Below are positions 28,742-37,784 of a stretch of 64,000 bases of DNA, in pieces. The first letter of the stretch is position 1. Each line of letters starts with the position of its first letter. A program made the translations under genes and the position numbers. This DNA is from Gemmatimonadota bacterium. Its GTDB lineage: Bacteria; Gemmatimonadota; Gemmatimonadetes; Palauibacterales; KS3-K002. Location of the stretch: NCBI GenBank assembly GCA_039586755.1, contig JBDHJU010000011.1, positions 14,412 to 78,411 on the forward strand. Direction: 5' to 3'. The notes under the pieces are model-generated. The model searched no databases. It was given only the letters and a program-made list of their open reading frames with translations, and had not been told where the DNA came from.

Positions 28742-29530
28742 ATGAAACTCTGGAGCGAGCTGCGTAAGCGCCATGTTTTTGGGTTCTTAGGCGCCTAGAT
28801 CGCGGCCGGATTTCTCGTACTCGAGGGCGTTGACCAGGCGGTAGGGAACGGGCTCCTACCGGTGCTGGCGCACAAGCTCGTTCTGGTCTTCTACCTGTTT
28901 GGTTCCACGGCGAGAGGGGGACGCAGAAGCCGACCGCAGTGGAGATCTGGCTGCAAGCGCTTCTCCTGGTGGCGGGTTCGGGCTCTGGAAGTGGTCTCGA
29001 GGAACGGCGTGCGGCCCTTCCGTGGGAGCATGTTATCGGAGGACAGCATCGCCCGGGCTCTGGAGGTGGGTAGCCTGATCGCCGGGAGCGTTGAGGAAGT
29101 CAGGGATCGGATTCGTGTGACCACCCGTTTGGTGGATGGCGTCAGCGGCGCGGACTTCCAGCGCGAGGACTTCGAGCTGCCGGCGGGTGCAGAGCTCGAG
29201 TTGAGCGACTCGCTGGCGCAGGAGGTGTCGCGGTTCCTGCGCGAGCGCCTGGGCGAGGAGGTACGGGTTCGCGAGCGACGGTTGGCGACCTCCAGCACCG
29301 ACGCGTGGTCGTTGGTGGAGCGGGCCGAACGACTTCGTAAGGATGCGCTCGAGCTGGCAAACGACGATCCGGCCGCGGCGTTCGAAGCGCTGCAGAGGGC
29401 AGATTCCATTGCGCGAGCAGCGGAAGCTGCGGATCCCGATTGGGTTGATCCGGTCGTCTTGCGCGCTCGGATCTCTTATGAAAGAGCGCGCCCCGGAGCA
29501 GTAGCTCCGGGAGCCTTCTCATTTGTGTGA
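28742..29530 (+). pseudogene. Decayed remnant of a TolB-like/TPR regulatory protein of the MKLWSELKRRxVFRV... family. It carries an early in-frame stop and an internal deletion.
   Basis: 28742 ATG-MKLWSELRKRHVFGFLGA-TAG. The downstream frame encodes a TM-like segment (PVLAHKLVLVFYLFG), then DSIARALEVGSLIAGSVEEVRDRIRVTTRLVDGVSGADFQREDFELP. That matches the C-terminal part of the TolB-like N-domain but lacks the expected SIAVLPF...YFADG...ARTS block. Confidence 0.5.
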
Positions 29531-29545
29531 ACTGGCGCCCGCGCT

Positions 29546-30172
29546 TCAGCTACCGAGCGTCATTATGTAAGCGGCTGAGAAGTACCAGGTGCGGGTCTTG
29601 ATCGATTCGATCGCGTCGGTCCTCTCGCTGATGTCGGTGAGACCGTAGTTGTACCATATATCGCCGGTCAGCATGCCGGGACCGAAGTCGAAGCCCAGGC
29701 CGGCGCCGAAGATGATGCCCGAGTCGGCGCCCTTGGTGCGCGGCGCTCCTTCCCTTGCATCCTCGCAGTTCTGCTTTTCTCCCTCGAACGTCACTTCGCA
29801 GCCGGACTCGAGGCCCAGCACGGGGCCGGAGAAGAGTCGCGGCGACAGGGGTAGCCCGAGCTTGACCACCGCCAGGACGGGGATCTCGATGTACGTCAAG
29901 TCGAGGGCTACACTGCCGGCGCCTTCCGAGAAGCCCTTCTTGGAATACCAGACCTCGGTCTGCAGTGCGAACCAGTTGGAGATGTCCACCGACCCGATCA
30001 AACCCAAGTGGTAGCCGGTCTGGGAGCCGGTTTCCCCGTTGAAGGTGGTTCCCTTGGTCTCGGCGTCGGCAACATTGACACCGCCCCTCAGGCCGAAGTG
30101 CAGCCGCTGGGCCTGGGCCGGTGCGGCGAACCAGAGAGACGCCGCGAGTATGGCAAGTGTGAGTCGCTTCAT
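29546..30172 (-). CDS. Outer-membrane beta-barrel protein (OmpA-like porin family), ~208 aa
   Basis: Signal peptide MKRLTLAILAASLWFAAPAQAQ. Alternating beta-strand pattern. C-terminal aromatic YFSAAYIM. Confidence 0.6.
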   Translation of the reverse strand: MKRLTLAILAASLWFAAPAQAQRLHFGLRGGVNVADAETKGTTFNGETGSQTGYHLGLIGSVDISNWFALQTEVWYSKKGFSEGAGSVALDLTYIEIPVLAVVKLGLPLSPRLFSGPVLGLESGCEVTFEGEKQNCEDAREGAPRTKGADSGIIFGAGLGFDFGPGMLTGDIWYNYGLTDISERTDAIESIKTRTWYFSAAYIMTLGS

Positions 30173-30453
30173 CGGAATCGCTGCTCCTATCCGTATGGTC
30201 ACCTCGGCCGGATGTATATCGTCCTGGTATCGAGGCGGTGGTCTTAATAAGGGGCGCGCAGGTGGAGCGCAAGCGCTTCTCCCGCCAGCCTTAACACCTG
30301 ACATGACTGCATCGCTGGAGCGTGGGCCATCCCCACAATCCTTACGAGGCCGGGGGTGAGGAGTTTCGGGTCCCGAACGGCAAGAAAAGGGGCCCTGCCG
30401 GCGTGCGCCCGGCAGGGCCCTCGGTGGAGCCGGCAGGTCGGATCGCTGCAGTG

Positions 30454-32145
30454 CTAGACCTCCCAGCCGCCGACCAGGCGCCGCAGGTCCTCGGCGGCGG
30501 CGACGAGCTGGGTCACCGATGCGCTGATCTGCTGAGTCGTCGCCGACTGTTCCTGCACCGCGGCGCTCACGTCCTGGCTGCGAGAGGCGTGCGCCGTCGC
30601 CGTGGCCGTAACCGACTCGACGTGCCCGGCCACCTGCTCGAGCAAAGTCCTGCTGCGCTCCACGGTGGCCAGCGCCTGATCGGAAGCCTGAGCGACCTTC
30701 GCCAGGCCGGCGGCGATTGCGTCGAGGGCATCCTCAGCGCCACGCGCCACGCCCTCGACCTGGACGACCTGGCCTTCGCCCTGCTCCATCTTGAGGACCG
30801 CGGCGCCAACCCGCTCGCGTAGCTTGGCGACGACCTCCTCCACCTCGGTCGCCGCCCCATCGGCCTCCGCGGCCAGCTTGCCGACCTCGTCGGCGACGAC
30901 GGCGAAGCCACGCCCCTCGTGACCGGCGTGTGCGGCCTCGATGGCCGCGTTCAGCGAGAGTAGATGCGTCTGTTCGGCGATCGAGGCGATCCGCCTGACG
31001 AAGCCGGTGATACGGTCGGTGGCGTCCTGCAGCCCCTCGAATTCCAGGGCCGAGTCGTGCACGTACCCTTTGAGGCTCAGCAGAAGGGAGACAGCCTGGC
31101 GAACCGAGTCTTGGCTCTGACCGGTTTGCTCCTGGATCGAGTGACTCAGTTGGCGGTTGCGGTTGGCTTCCGATTCGATCTTAAGCGCTCCGTCCCGTAG
31201 CTCGACCACCGCGGCGGCAGTCTCGCTTAACGAGTCGGCCTGTCTGTCGGCCCCTTCCGATATCTCGCCCATCGCCAGCGCGACCTCATGGGTCGAGGAG
31301 GCGACTTGCTCCGAGATCGATGAAAAGTCGGCTGCCGAAGACGAGATCTGGGAAGCGGTCGAGACCACCTGCCCGGCGACATCGGTCATGCTCGAGGCCA
31401 TCGCGTTGAACGAGAAGCCGAGATCTGCGAATTCCTTTGGCATGCCAGATGTCCCGACCCGGGTACGCAGCTGGCCTTCCCCGAACCGCCTGGCCGCGCC
31501 GACCAGCTCGGCGAGCGGGCGATCGAGGGAGCGGACGGCCAAGTAGGCCAGGCCTCCGCCGATCAGGAGGGCGATGAGCAGGATGCCGAATACGTACCTC
31601 GAACGCTCCAGGGCGCGTTGTTGGAAGGCGGCGGTGGAGTTTGCCAGAACCAGCGACTGTCGCTCGCCGAGCGCCGAAATCAAACCCGCTACCTGTCGTG
31701 CCAGAGGCTGCAGCTCGTCGGCCAGCTGCCGTGCCTGCGTGCGCCGGCCGATGTCGTACAGCGCGTGAGCACGCGCGAACTCGACTTCGAGGGTGGTGAG
31801 TGCCGCGGTCAGTTGCTCGACGAGCAGGACGTCTTCCGCCGAGAGGCCCTCCAAGTCCCGGTAGCGGTTGGCCACATCCTGAGTGCGGCCGGCGAGCTGG
31901 GTAAATTGTCCCTTCTGGTCACGATCGCCGGTGGCCAGATACCCTTCGGCGGCGAAGATCAGATCGAGAACGTCGGCCTGAAGACCGCTACCCCACTCGG
32001 CGACGCGTGTCACCTGATCTATCCCGGCATCGTACTCGTCGGCCAGCCCGTTGAGCGAGCTAATGCCGATCAGCCCACTGGCCAGCAAGCCGATGAGCAG
32101 GGCGAGGAAGGCGCCGGCCTGTCGAGCTTTAATAGTCTGAATCAC
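30454..32145 (-). CDS. Methyl-accepting chemotaxis protein (TM, periplasmic helical sensor, HAMP, MA domain)
   Basis: C-terminal signalling domain: heptad-rich region ending in [25 protein letters not shown]... with conserved [34 protein letters not shown]. Confidence 0.85.
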   Translation of the reverse strand: MIQTIKARQAGAFLALLIGLLASGLIGISSLNGLADEYDAGIDQVTRVAEWGSGLQADVLDLIFAAEGYLATGDRDQKGQFTQLAGRTQDVANRYRDLEGLSAEDVLLVEQLTAALTTLEVEFARAHALYDIGRRTQARQLADELQPLARQVAGLISALGERQSLVLANSTAAFQQRALERSRYVFGILLIALLIGGGLAYLAVRSLDRPLAELVGAARRFGEGQLRTRVGTSGMPKEFADLGFSFNAMASSMTDVAGQVVSTASQISSSAADFSSISEQVASSTHEVALAMGEISEGADRQADSLSETAAAVVELRDGALKIESEANRNRQLSHSIQEQTGQSQDSVRQAVSLLLSLKGYVHDSALEFEGLQDATDRITGFVRRIASIAEQTHLLSLNAAIEAAHAGHEGRGFAVVADEVGKLAAEADGAATEVEEVVAKLRERVGAAVLKMEQGEGQVVQVEGVARGAEDALDAIAAGLAKVAQASDQALATVERSRTLLEQVAGHVESVTATATAHASRSQDVSAAVQEQSATTQQISASVTQLVAAAEDLRRLVGGWEV

Positions 32146-33281
32146 GAGCCACCCTCTACGCTCACGAATTCGATTGCATCTCCGGAAACACGTCCTACCG
32201 CGAAGCTCTTGCCGATCGGATCGCCATTTTCGTCAAAAGCGATACGCCCGCTCACGCCGGCAAAGGCCTCGCGTTCAGCACCGACCTGCTCGAGGTGTGC
32301 GCGAATGCTCGTTCGGTCGAAGCCGGCCTCGCTGACCGCCCGTGCCAGCAGCATCAAGGCGTCATAGCCCAGGGCCGCGAAGTGATCGGGCGGATCCCCG
32401 TGCCGGGCCGTGTAGGCGTCGACGAACTCGCGGCCGCCGCCACCCGGAGCGTTGGGGTGGTAGAGCAAGCCGATGTAGGTCCCCTCGAAGGCCGCTCCCT
32501 GGCCCGCGAGGCCCAGGATCCCGTCTCCACCCACGAACGGTGCGTCGATTCCCATCTCGCGCGCCTGGCGGATCACGGGTGCGGCGCCGACGTCGGTGCT
32601 GCCGATGAATATCAGGTCCGGTCGTGCAGCGCGGACTCCCATCAGATAGGCTTCGAAGTCCGTAGTGCTCCCCTCGATAAATGGGTACTCCTCAACCAGG
32701 ACACCGCCGCCGGCCGCGTAGGTCCTGCCGAACGCATCTCTGAGACCGCGGCCGTACGGGTCGTTGGCGTAGATGATCGCCGCCTGCGTGCCCAACTCGC
32801 GCAGCGCGAACTCGGCCAAACCGGCGGCGTTGACCACGTCGCTCGAGCAAACGCGGAAGATCCACTCGCCGGCATCGCTGATCTCAGGGCTCGTGGCGGC
32901 GGGCGATACGGTGGGAAGGCCGCGGTTGTAGATCGGAGCCGCGGCGAGCGTGGCGCCCGAATTGACGTGCCCGACCACCGCTAGCACCGTGGCGTCATTG
33001 TATAGCCGGTCAGCCACCGTCACCGCCTGGCGCGTGCTGGCGCTGTCGGTCAGTGCTACGAGCTCGACCGTTCGCCCTTCGATTCCGCCCGCCAGGTTGA
33101 GCTGGTCTCGGGCCAACTCGGCGCCGCGGAGCGTGTGTGAACCGATGAACTGCTCGAGAGGCGCCGCGACGCCGAAACGCACGGTGTCGGCGGGGCCTTC
33201 TCCGCCGCAGGCGGTGGCGGCGAGGCTGAGGGTTGCCAGCCCTAGGAGCGACGCGCGTATCCGCGAGTATCGCATGAGCAT
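32142..33281 (-). CDS. Periplasmic substrate-binding protein, branched-chain amino acid (LivK/Peripla_BP_6) type. Lipoprotein.
   Basis: [10 protein letters not shown] lipobox. RFGVAAPL...[23 protein letters not shown]... Its stop overlaps the MCP start by 4 nt. Confidence 0.7.
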   Translation of the reverse strand: MLMRYSRIRASLLGLATLSLAATACGGEGPADTVRFGVAAPLEQFIGSHTLRGAELARDQLNLAGGIEGRTVELVALTDSASTRQAVTVADRLYNDATVLAVVGHVNSGATLAAAPIYNRGLPTVSPAATSPEISDAGEWIFRVCSSDVVNAAGLAEFALRELGTQAAIIYANDPYGRGLRDAFGRTYAAGGGVLVEEYPFIEGSTTDFEAYLMGVRAARPDLIFIGSTDVGAAPVIRQAREMGIDAPFVGGDGILGLAGQGAAFEGTYIGLLYHPNAPGGGGREFVDAYTARHGDPPDHFAALGYDALMLLARAVSEAGFDRTSIRAHLEQVGAEREAFAGVSGRIAFDENGDPIGKSFAVGRVSGDAIEFVSVEGGS

Positions 33282-33486
33282 GGTCGGAATGGGGTATGGG
33301 GAAGCGGGTGGGGGAGACGGGGTAAACTACAATAATCGAATGGGTTACGTGCCGTCAAGGACGCGGCTTGCTGTCGCACTCCGGCGCTGAGAGAGTCCCC
33401 GACACATCGGAGGTGCTCGTCTCGTACGGAAGGGCGGGGCTCCCGGCCCTGCGGGCACAACTCCGAAGATCCGACAAGGAGGCAAA

Positions 33487-33663
33487 ATGGGCGGTATCGG
33501 CGGCCTTTTCGGCCTTATCGTGCTGATCGCCGATATCTGGGCTCTCCTCAACATCTGGGAGTCCGGTGAGTCCACGGGCAGCAAGCTTCTGTGGACCGTG
33601 GCGGTTCTCGTATTCCCGGTTGCCGGGTTCATCGCCTGGCTCCTCTTTGGACCGAAAAAGTAG
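33487..33663 (+). CDS. Unannotated 58-aa PLDc_N-type small membrane protein
   Basis: AAGGAGG RBS 7 nt upstream. MGGIGGLFGLIVLIADIWALLNIWESGESTGSKLLWTVAVLVFPVAGFIAWLLFGPKK matches the DIWAI...S..SKLLW...PxxG...YLLFG pattern of the phospholipase-D-nuclease N-terminal micro-protein family. Confidence 0.6.
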   Translation: MGGIGGLFGLIVLIADIWALLNIWESGESTGSKLLWTVAVLVFPVAGFIAWLLFGPKK

Positions 33664-33704
33664 CGGGGCTCAGCCGGCGCCGTTCGTTGGGTTGGCCGGC
33701 GGGC

Positions 33705-35156
33705 TCAACTTTCCGCCGGTCCGACCCGCTGAGCGGAAGTGAACTCGGCGACGGCGGCCTCAGGGGTCTTTACGATCAGGAAGTAGGCGAACAGCAAGCT
33801 GGGCCACAGGTGGAGTGCTAGTCGGTGCCTCGACGTGCCCATGTGCCAGGCGAGATCGTACGGCGTCACGACGTATACAAACAGATAGGCCGCGAGGACC
33901 AGGCTCAGCGTGACCAGCATGGTGACCACACTCTCTCGCTCTATACTCTTTCTTCGCCAGCCAACGGCCAGCAGGTAGAGCGCCAGCACGAGCGGCGCCG
34001 CCACCAGCCAGCCGCTGAGGTTCAGAAAGCGCTCTCCGAACGACACGAGCACGAACCAGATTCGGCCGGGATCCGTCAACCGTTCGATGATGTCGGCGAG
34101 GCGCAGTGAAGCGAGTAAATCGTTGGGGGGCGCGACCGTCCACCTGAACACCACGATCAGAGTCAGCAACGGGGCCAGCCCCAGTAACAAGGTGCCCTGA
34201 CTGCGAAGGGCCCGGCCCCAACCTCGCAGGTGTGCGACGACCAGCAGTCGGCCAACCAGCAGAGCGAGTACGAAGATCAGACCCTCATTCTTTGTCCAGG
34301 CGGCAAGGCCCGCGGTCAGTCCTGCCAGGGCGATGAACCCTCCGCCTCCGTCCTCGACCGTGTCGGCGAGGGCCAGCACAACGAAGGTCGCCAGTATGAA
34401 GAATGCCAAAGGGACGTCGGCGTACTGATTCGCCGCCTGGTAGACCAGCGTGTTACAAGAGAGCACTAAGATGCCGGCCAGCAGGCCCTGGCCAGAGCTC
34501 CGCAACGAGGTGAGGGCCCCCAGCAGCAGGAAGGCCGTGGCGAGGGCGAAGAGCAGGCCCAGCAGAATCGGCACGATCTGCGGCTCGGACCCGATGAAGC
34601 TCCAGGCGCGTGCGGTTGCCCCCGGTACCAGTAGAGGATAGTCGGCGTGGGTCCAGGTCCCCAGCAGATTGGAAAAGGCATCCCTCCAATGGTCAGCTCC
34701 ACGGAACAGGAATCGGGCACGCAGGTTCCAGATGCTTGCGGCGTCCCAGCCACCGTGTGGGTAGGTTGCCGAACGGTAACCGAAGCTGAGGGCTGCTGCG
34801 ATGAGCGAGACGGCGAACCCCGGAACCAGCAACCAGGAGACGAACGGTGACGCGCTCGGGCGATCGACGGGCCTGCGGCTAGCGGTCAGCGCTCCGCTCC
34901 GCGCCCGGCGCAGGGCGAAGCCGATCAGCAGCGCCAGGCCCGCGACCTCCATCACGAAATACACTTTCGCGGAGCCGAGTCCGACCAGCCCGACAAAGAA
35001 ACCCGCTGAAGACAGACCCAGCCCCAGACCGACCCCCAGCGCCAGCATTGTTGGCATTTCTGTCATCGACACACGCGCCCGCGGCCAGAACGCGAAGAGA
35101 AACAGAGCGCCTCCGATGACGGAGAGGATAATTGCGAGGAGCAGCTCCGAAGTCAT
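33705..35156 (-). CDS. Large polytopic integral membrane protein (possible GT-C-type glycosyltransferase or DUF2029-like); function unknown
   Basis: 483 aa, >10 hydrophobic segments, hydrophilic loop YRSATYPHGGWDAASIWNLRARFLF. Confidence 0.35.
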   Translation of the reverse strand: MTSELLLAIILSVIGGALFLFAFWPRARVSMTEMPTMLALGVGLGLGLSSAGFFVGLVGLGSAKVYFVMEVAGLALLIGFALRRARSGALTASRRPVDRPSASPFVSWLLVPGFAVSLIAAALSFGYRSATYPHGGWDAASIWNLRARFLFRGADHWRDAFSNLLGTWTHADYPLLVPGATARAWSFIGSEPQIVPILLGLLFALATAFLLLGALTSLRSSGQGLLAGILVLSCNTLVYQAANQYADVPLAFFILATFVVLALADTVEDGGGGFIALAGLTAGLAAWTKNEGLIFVLALLVGRLLVVAHLRGWGRALRSQGTLLLGLAPLLTLIVVFRWTVAPPNDLLASLRLADIIERLTDPGRIWFVLVSFGERFLNLSGWLVAAPLVLALYLLAVGWRRKSIERESVVTMLVTLSLVLAAYLFVYVVTPYDLAWHMGTSRHRLALHLWPSLLFAYFLIVKTPEAAVAEFTSAQRVGPAES

Positions 35157-35713
35157 CGCTCCTCTCGTTCGAGCACTAGGAGACCGTCACCCAGATCGCG
35201 CCGCACGATCAGTCCCTCGGGGTACTTCCTGTCGAAACCCGGCTCACCGGTCGAGTCGGCGGGGTAGTTGCCGACTACGATCGGGAGATCGGTGTCTCTG
35301 AGGACGATGAGCGGCGCCAGCGAGTACTGGGTGAGGAAATAGTCCCGCATCGCCTCCGCGCTGGTGAACGAGCCGCCGCTCAAGCCGTCGCTGGCGTAGC
35401 CCACGATTCCGCGTGGCGGCAGATGCTCCCGCAATCGCCGCAACCGCTCGTCTTGCTCGCCTGTCCGCTGATCGCCGGCCGGGGCCGCGAACCGCGAGTC
35501 GCGATGTAGCTCGACGGTTTGGTGGAGCGCTTCCACGCTTCCGGCCAGCGCCAGGAAGACGGTAGTTGCCAAGGCGGCTCGGGCCAGCAGAGGTCGGTGG
35601 GTTCGCATACCCGCCAAGATACCGGTCATGCCTCGTTTCAGCCACGAAAGGGGGCGCGCCATGGAACCCGGAACCGGGGCGCGGGCGTTGACTTCGGGCA
35701 GGCCAGGCTGCAT
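35153..35713 (-). CDS. Hypothetical protein with an N-terminal TM/signal anchor. True start probably at an internal Met around 35608-35662.
   Basis: MRTHRPLLARAALATTVFLALAGS... Overlaps the downstream membrane-protein gene by 4 nt. Confidence 0.35.
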   Translation of the reverse strand: MQPGLPEVNARAPVPGSMARPLSWLKRGMTGILAGMRTHRPLLARAALATTVFLALAGSVEALHQTVELHRDSRFAAPAGDQRTGEQDERLRRLREHLPPRGIVGYASDGLSGGSFTSAEAMRDYFLTQYSLAPLIVLRDTDLPIVVGNYPADSTGEPGFDRKYPEGLIVRRDLGDGLLVLEREER

Positions 35714-35750
35714 GCTCAGCCAGTTGTGGCCAATTCGCGGAGGGATTCCA

Positions 35751-36758
35751 ATGCTAGCTCGGAGTTTGCCATGGAAGCGGCGCGCCGTTCAGCCGGCGCG
35801 GAGGTTGGCTCGGTGGCGCTGCCTCGGCCTGCTTGCGGTCCTCCCCGTCCTCGTCAGCGTCCCGCAGGACGGCTTCGGCCAGTACGAGAATATCGTCCTG
35901 CCCGTCGACACGATCGAGTACCTGTTCCGCTACGAGGAGTTCCGGATAGCGCAAATGAGGGACACGCGCTTCGAGGGGGACAGGACGCAGGTCGTCGTGC
36001 TGGCGTTTCCCGGCTACATGCCGCTACGCATCAAATGGGCGGCGGCTCCCAGGGGCGCCGACTCGTTCAACAACAAGCCCCGTTTCGAGATAGGGGTCTA
36101 CGAGCTGCAGAAGCTGTTCTTGGATGAGGAGGACTACGTTGTTCCTCCGACCGTGCTCCGCAGCATGACGTTGGATGAGTATCCTCGGTCGGATGCCGTG
36201 ATCACGACCTTCCGAGGCATCGATGCTGTGCTTGTTCTCATGCAGTACTGGCTGAGCCAGGTCACCGACGAAGACGTCTACGACGAGGACAGAATCGAGG
36301 ACGATTCGCTGTACGCCCGGCACCTGGCCGACATGAACATCCTGACCTATCTGGTCAGGCACGCGGACGCCAACCCGGGCAACATGCTGATCTCGACGGC
36401 CGGTAACGCCAGGGTCTTCGCCGTGGATAACGGCGTCTCGTTCGGCGACATCAGCGATCGGCCCGACGACTGGCGGAAGATGCGCACCGAGCGTCTGCCG
36501 CAGGGCACGGTGGAGAGGCTGCGGGGCATTAGCGAGGAAGATCTGCACCAGACGCTGGGCGTGTTGGCCCAGTTCGAGGTCCGAGGCGGCCGACTGGTGC
36601 AGGTCGAGCCCACCGAGAACCTGGACCCGGGGAACGGCGTGCGTCGCAAGGACGATGTCGTTCAGTTGGGGCTGACCAGACGTGAGATCGGGAGAGTCTT
36701 TGGACGCCTGGAGGATCTGCTGAAGGACATAGACGAAGGGAAGTACGATATTTTCTGA
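35751..36758 (+). CDS. Secreted protein with atypical protein-kinase-like (PKL / APH-ChoK-like) catalytic core, paralog 1
   Basis: GGAGGG RBS. Signal peptide MLARSLPWKRR...LLAVLPVLVSVPQDGFG. Candidate beta3 Lys (PLRIKWAAAP), alphaC Glu (EIGVYELQKLF), catalytic loop LVRHADANPGNMLIS (HxDxxxxN) and Mg-binding VFAVDNGVSFGD (DxG). No TM other than the signal peptide. Confidence 0.55.
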   Translation: MLARSLPWKRRAVQPARRLARWRCLGLLAVLPVLVSVPQDGFGQYENIVLPVDTIEYLFRYEEFRIAQMRDTRFEGDRTQVVVLAFPGYMPLRIKWAAAPRGADSFNNKPRFEIGVYELQKLFLDEEDYVVPPTVLRSMTLDEYPRSDAVITTFRGIDAVLVLMQYWLSQVTDEDVYDEDRIEDDSLYARHLADMNILTYLVRHADANPGNMLISTAGNARVFAVDNGVSFGDISDRPDDWRKMRTERLPQGTVERLRGISEEDLHQTLGVLAQFEVRGGRLVQVEPTENLDPGNGVRRKDDVVQLGLTRREIGRVFGRLEDLLKDIDEGKYDIF

Positions 36759-37760
36759 GCAGGGTATGGAGCCCGCAGGGATCGCAGTGTTGTATCGGGT
36801 CGCACCGGGGAGGCGGCAGCTGGGCGCACGGAACGGTCTGCTGTTGTCACTTTGCGTCCTGGCTGTCCTGGGTCGTCCGCTCGACGTCTTCGGCCAGTAC
36901 GAGAACTTCATTCTGCAGGTCGACACGCTCGAGATGCTATTGCGTGACCGTGAATTTTGGATCGCGCAATTCGCCGACAACCGTATCGTTGGAGACCGGA
37001 CACAGCGCGCGGTCCTGGTGTTTGAAGATTTTCCGCCCATAAACGTCAAGTGGGCGGCGGCGCCCAGGGGCGCCGACTCGTTCAACAACCGCCCGCGCTT
37101 CGAGATGGCGGTCTACGAGCTGCAGAAGCTGTTCCTGGACGTAGAGGACTACGTCGTGCCGCCGACGGTGGTCCGTGCGATGCCGCTGGACGAGTACCCG
37201 CGGAAGAACGCCGTGCAGACGACGTTTCGCGGCATAGACGTCGTCTTGGTTCTCTTGCAGTACTGGCTGAGACAGGTCACCGACGAAGACGTCTACGACA
37301 GGGACCGCATAAGGGAAGATTCGCTGTACGCCCGGCACCTGGCCGACATGAACATCCTGACGTATCTGGTCAGGCACGCGGACGCCAACCCGGGGAACAT
37401 GCTGATCTCGACGGCCGGCAATGCCAGGGTCTTCGCGGTGGATAACGGCGTCTCGTTCGGCGACATCAGCGATCGGCCCGACGCCTGGCGGAAGATGCGC
37501 ACCGAGCGTCTGCCGCAGGGCACGGTGGAGAGGCTGCGAGGCATTAGCGAGGAAGATCTGCTCCAGGCGCTGGGCGTTTTGGCTCAGTTCGAGGTGAGAG
37601 GTGATCAACTGGTCCAGGTAGAGCCGACCGAGAACCTGGACCCGGGGAACGGTGTGCGTCGCAAGGACGATGTGGTTCAGTTGGGGCTGACGACCCGTGA
37701 GATCGGGAGAGTCTTTGGACGCCTGCAGGATCTGCTGGAGGATATAGACGAGGGGAAGTA
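36290..37760 (+). repeat. Tandem gene duplication: the 3' ~460 nt of the two kinase-like genes (approx. 36290-36758 and 37305-37773) are >90% identical by eye. The 5' halves are ~75-80% identical.
   Basis: Long identical runs, e.g. gattcgctgtacgcccggcacctggccgacatgaacatcctgac and ggcgtctcgttcggcgacatcagcgatcggcccgacg, occur in both copies. Confidence 0.7.
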
Positions 37761-37773
37761 CGAAATCTTTTGA
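36766..37773 (+). CDS. Secreted PKL-fold kinase-like protein, tandem paralog 2
   Basis: Same motifs (NVKWAAAP, EMAVYELQKLF, LVRHADANPGNMLIS, VFAVDNGVSFGD). N-terminal hydrophobic leader LLLSLCVLAVLG. Confidence 0.55.
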   Translation: MEPAGIAVLYRVAPGRRQLGARNGLLLSLCVLAVLGRPLDVFGQYENFILQVDTLEMLLRDREFWIAQFADNRIVGDRTQRAVLVFEDFPPINVKWAAAPRGADSFNNRPRFEMAVYELQKLFLDVEDYVVPPTVVRAMPLDEYPRKNAVQTTFRGIDVVLVLLQYWLRQVTDEDVYDRDRIREDSLYARHLADMNILTYLVRHADANPGNMLISTAGNARVFAVDNGVSFGDISDRPDAWRKMRTERLPQGTVERLRGISEEDLLQALGVLAQFEVRGDQLVQVEPTENLDPGNGVRRKDDVVQLGLTTREIGRVFGRLQDLLEDIDEGKYEIF

Positions 37774-37784
37774 GTGGGAGACGT

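Noticed and set aside
35751-37773. Duplicated block as an insertion sequence or mobile element
   Set aside because: No transposase, integrase, terminal inverted repeats or target-site duplications. Both copies are complete protein-coding genes in one operon, so this is a tandem gene duplication.
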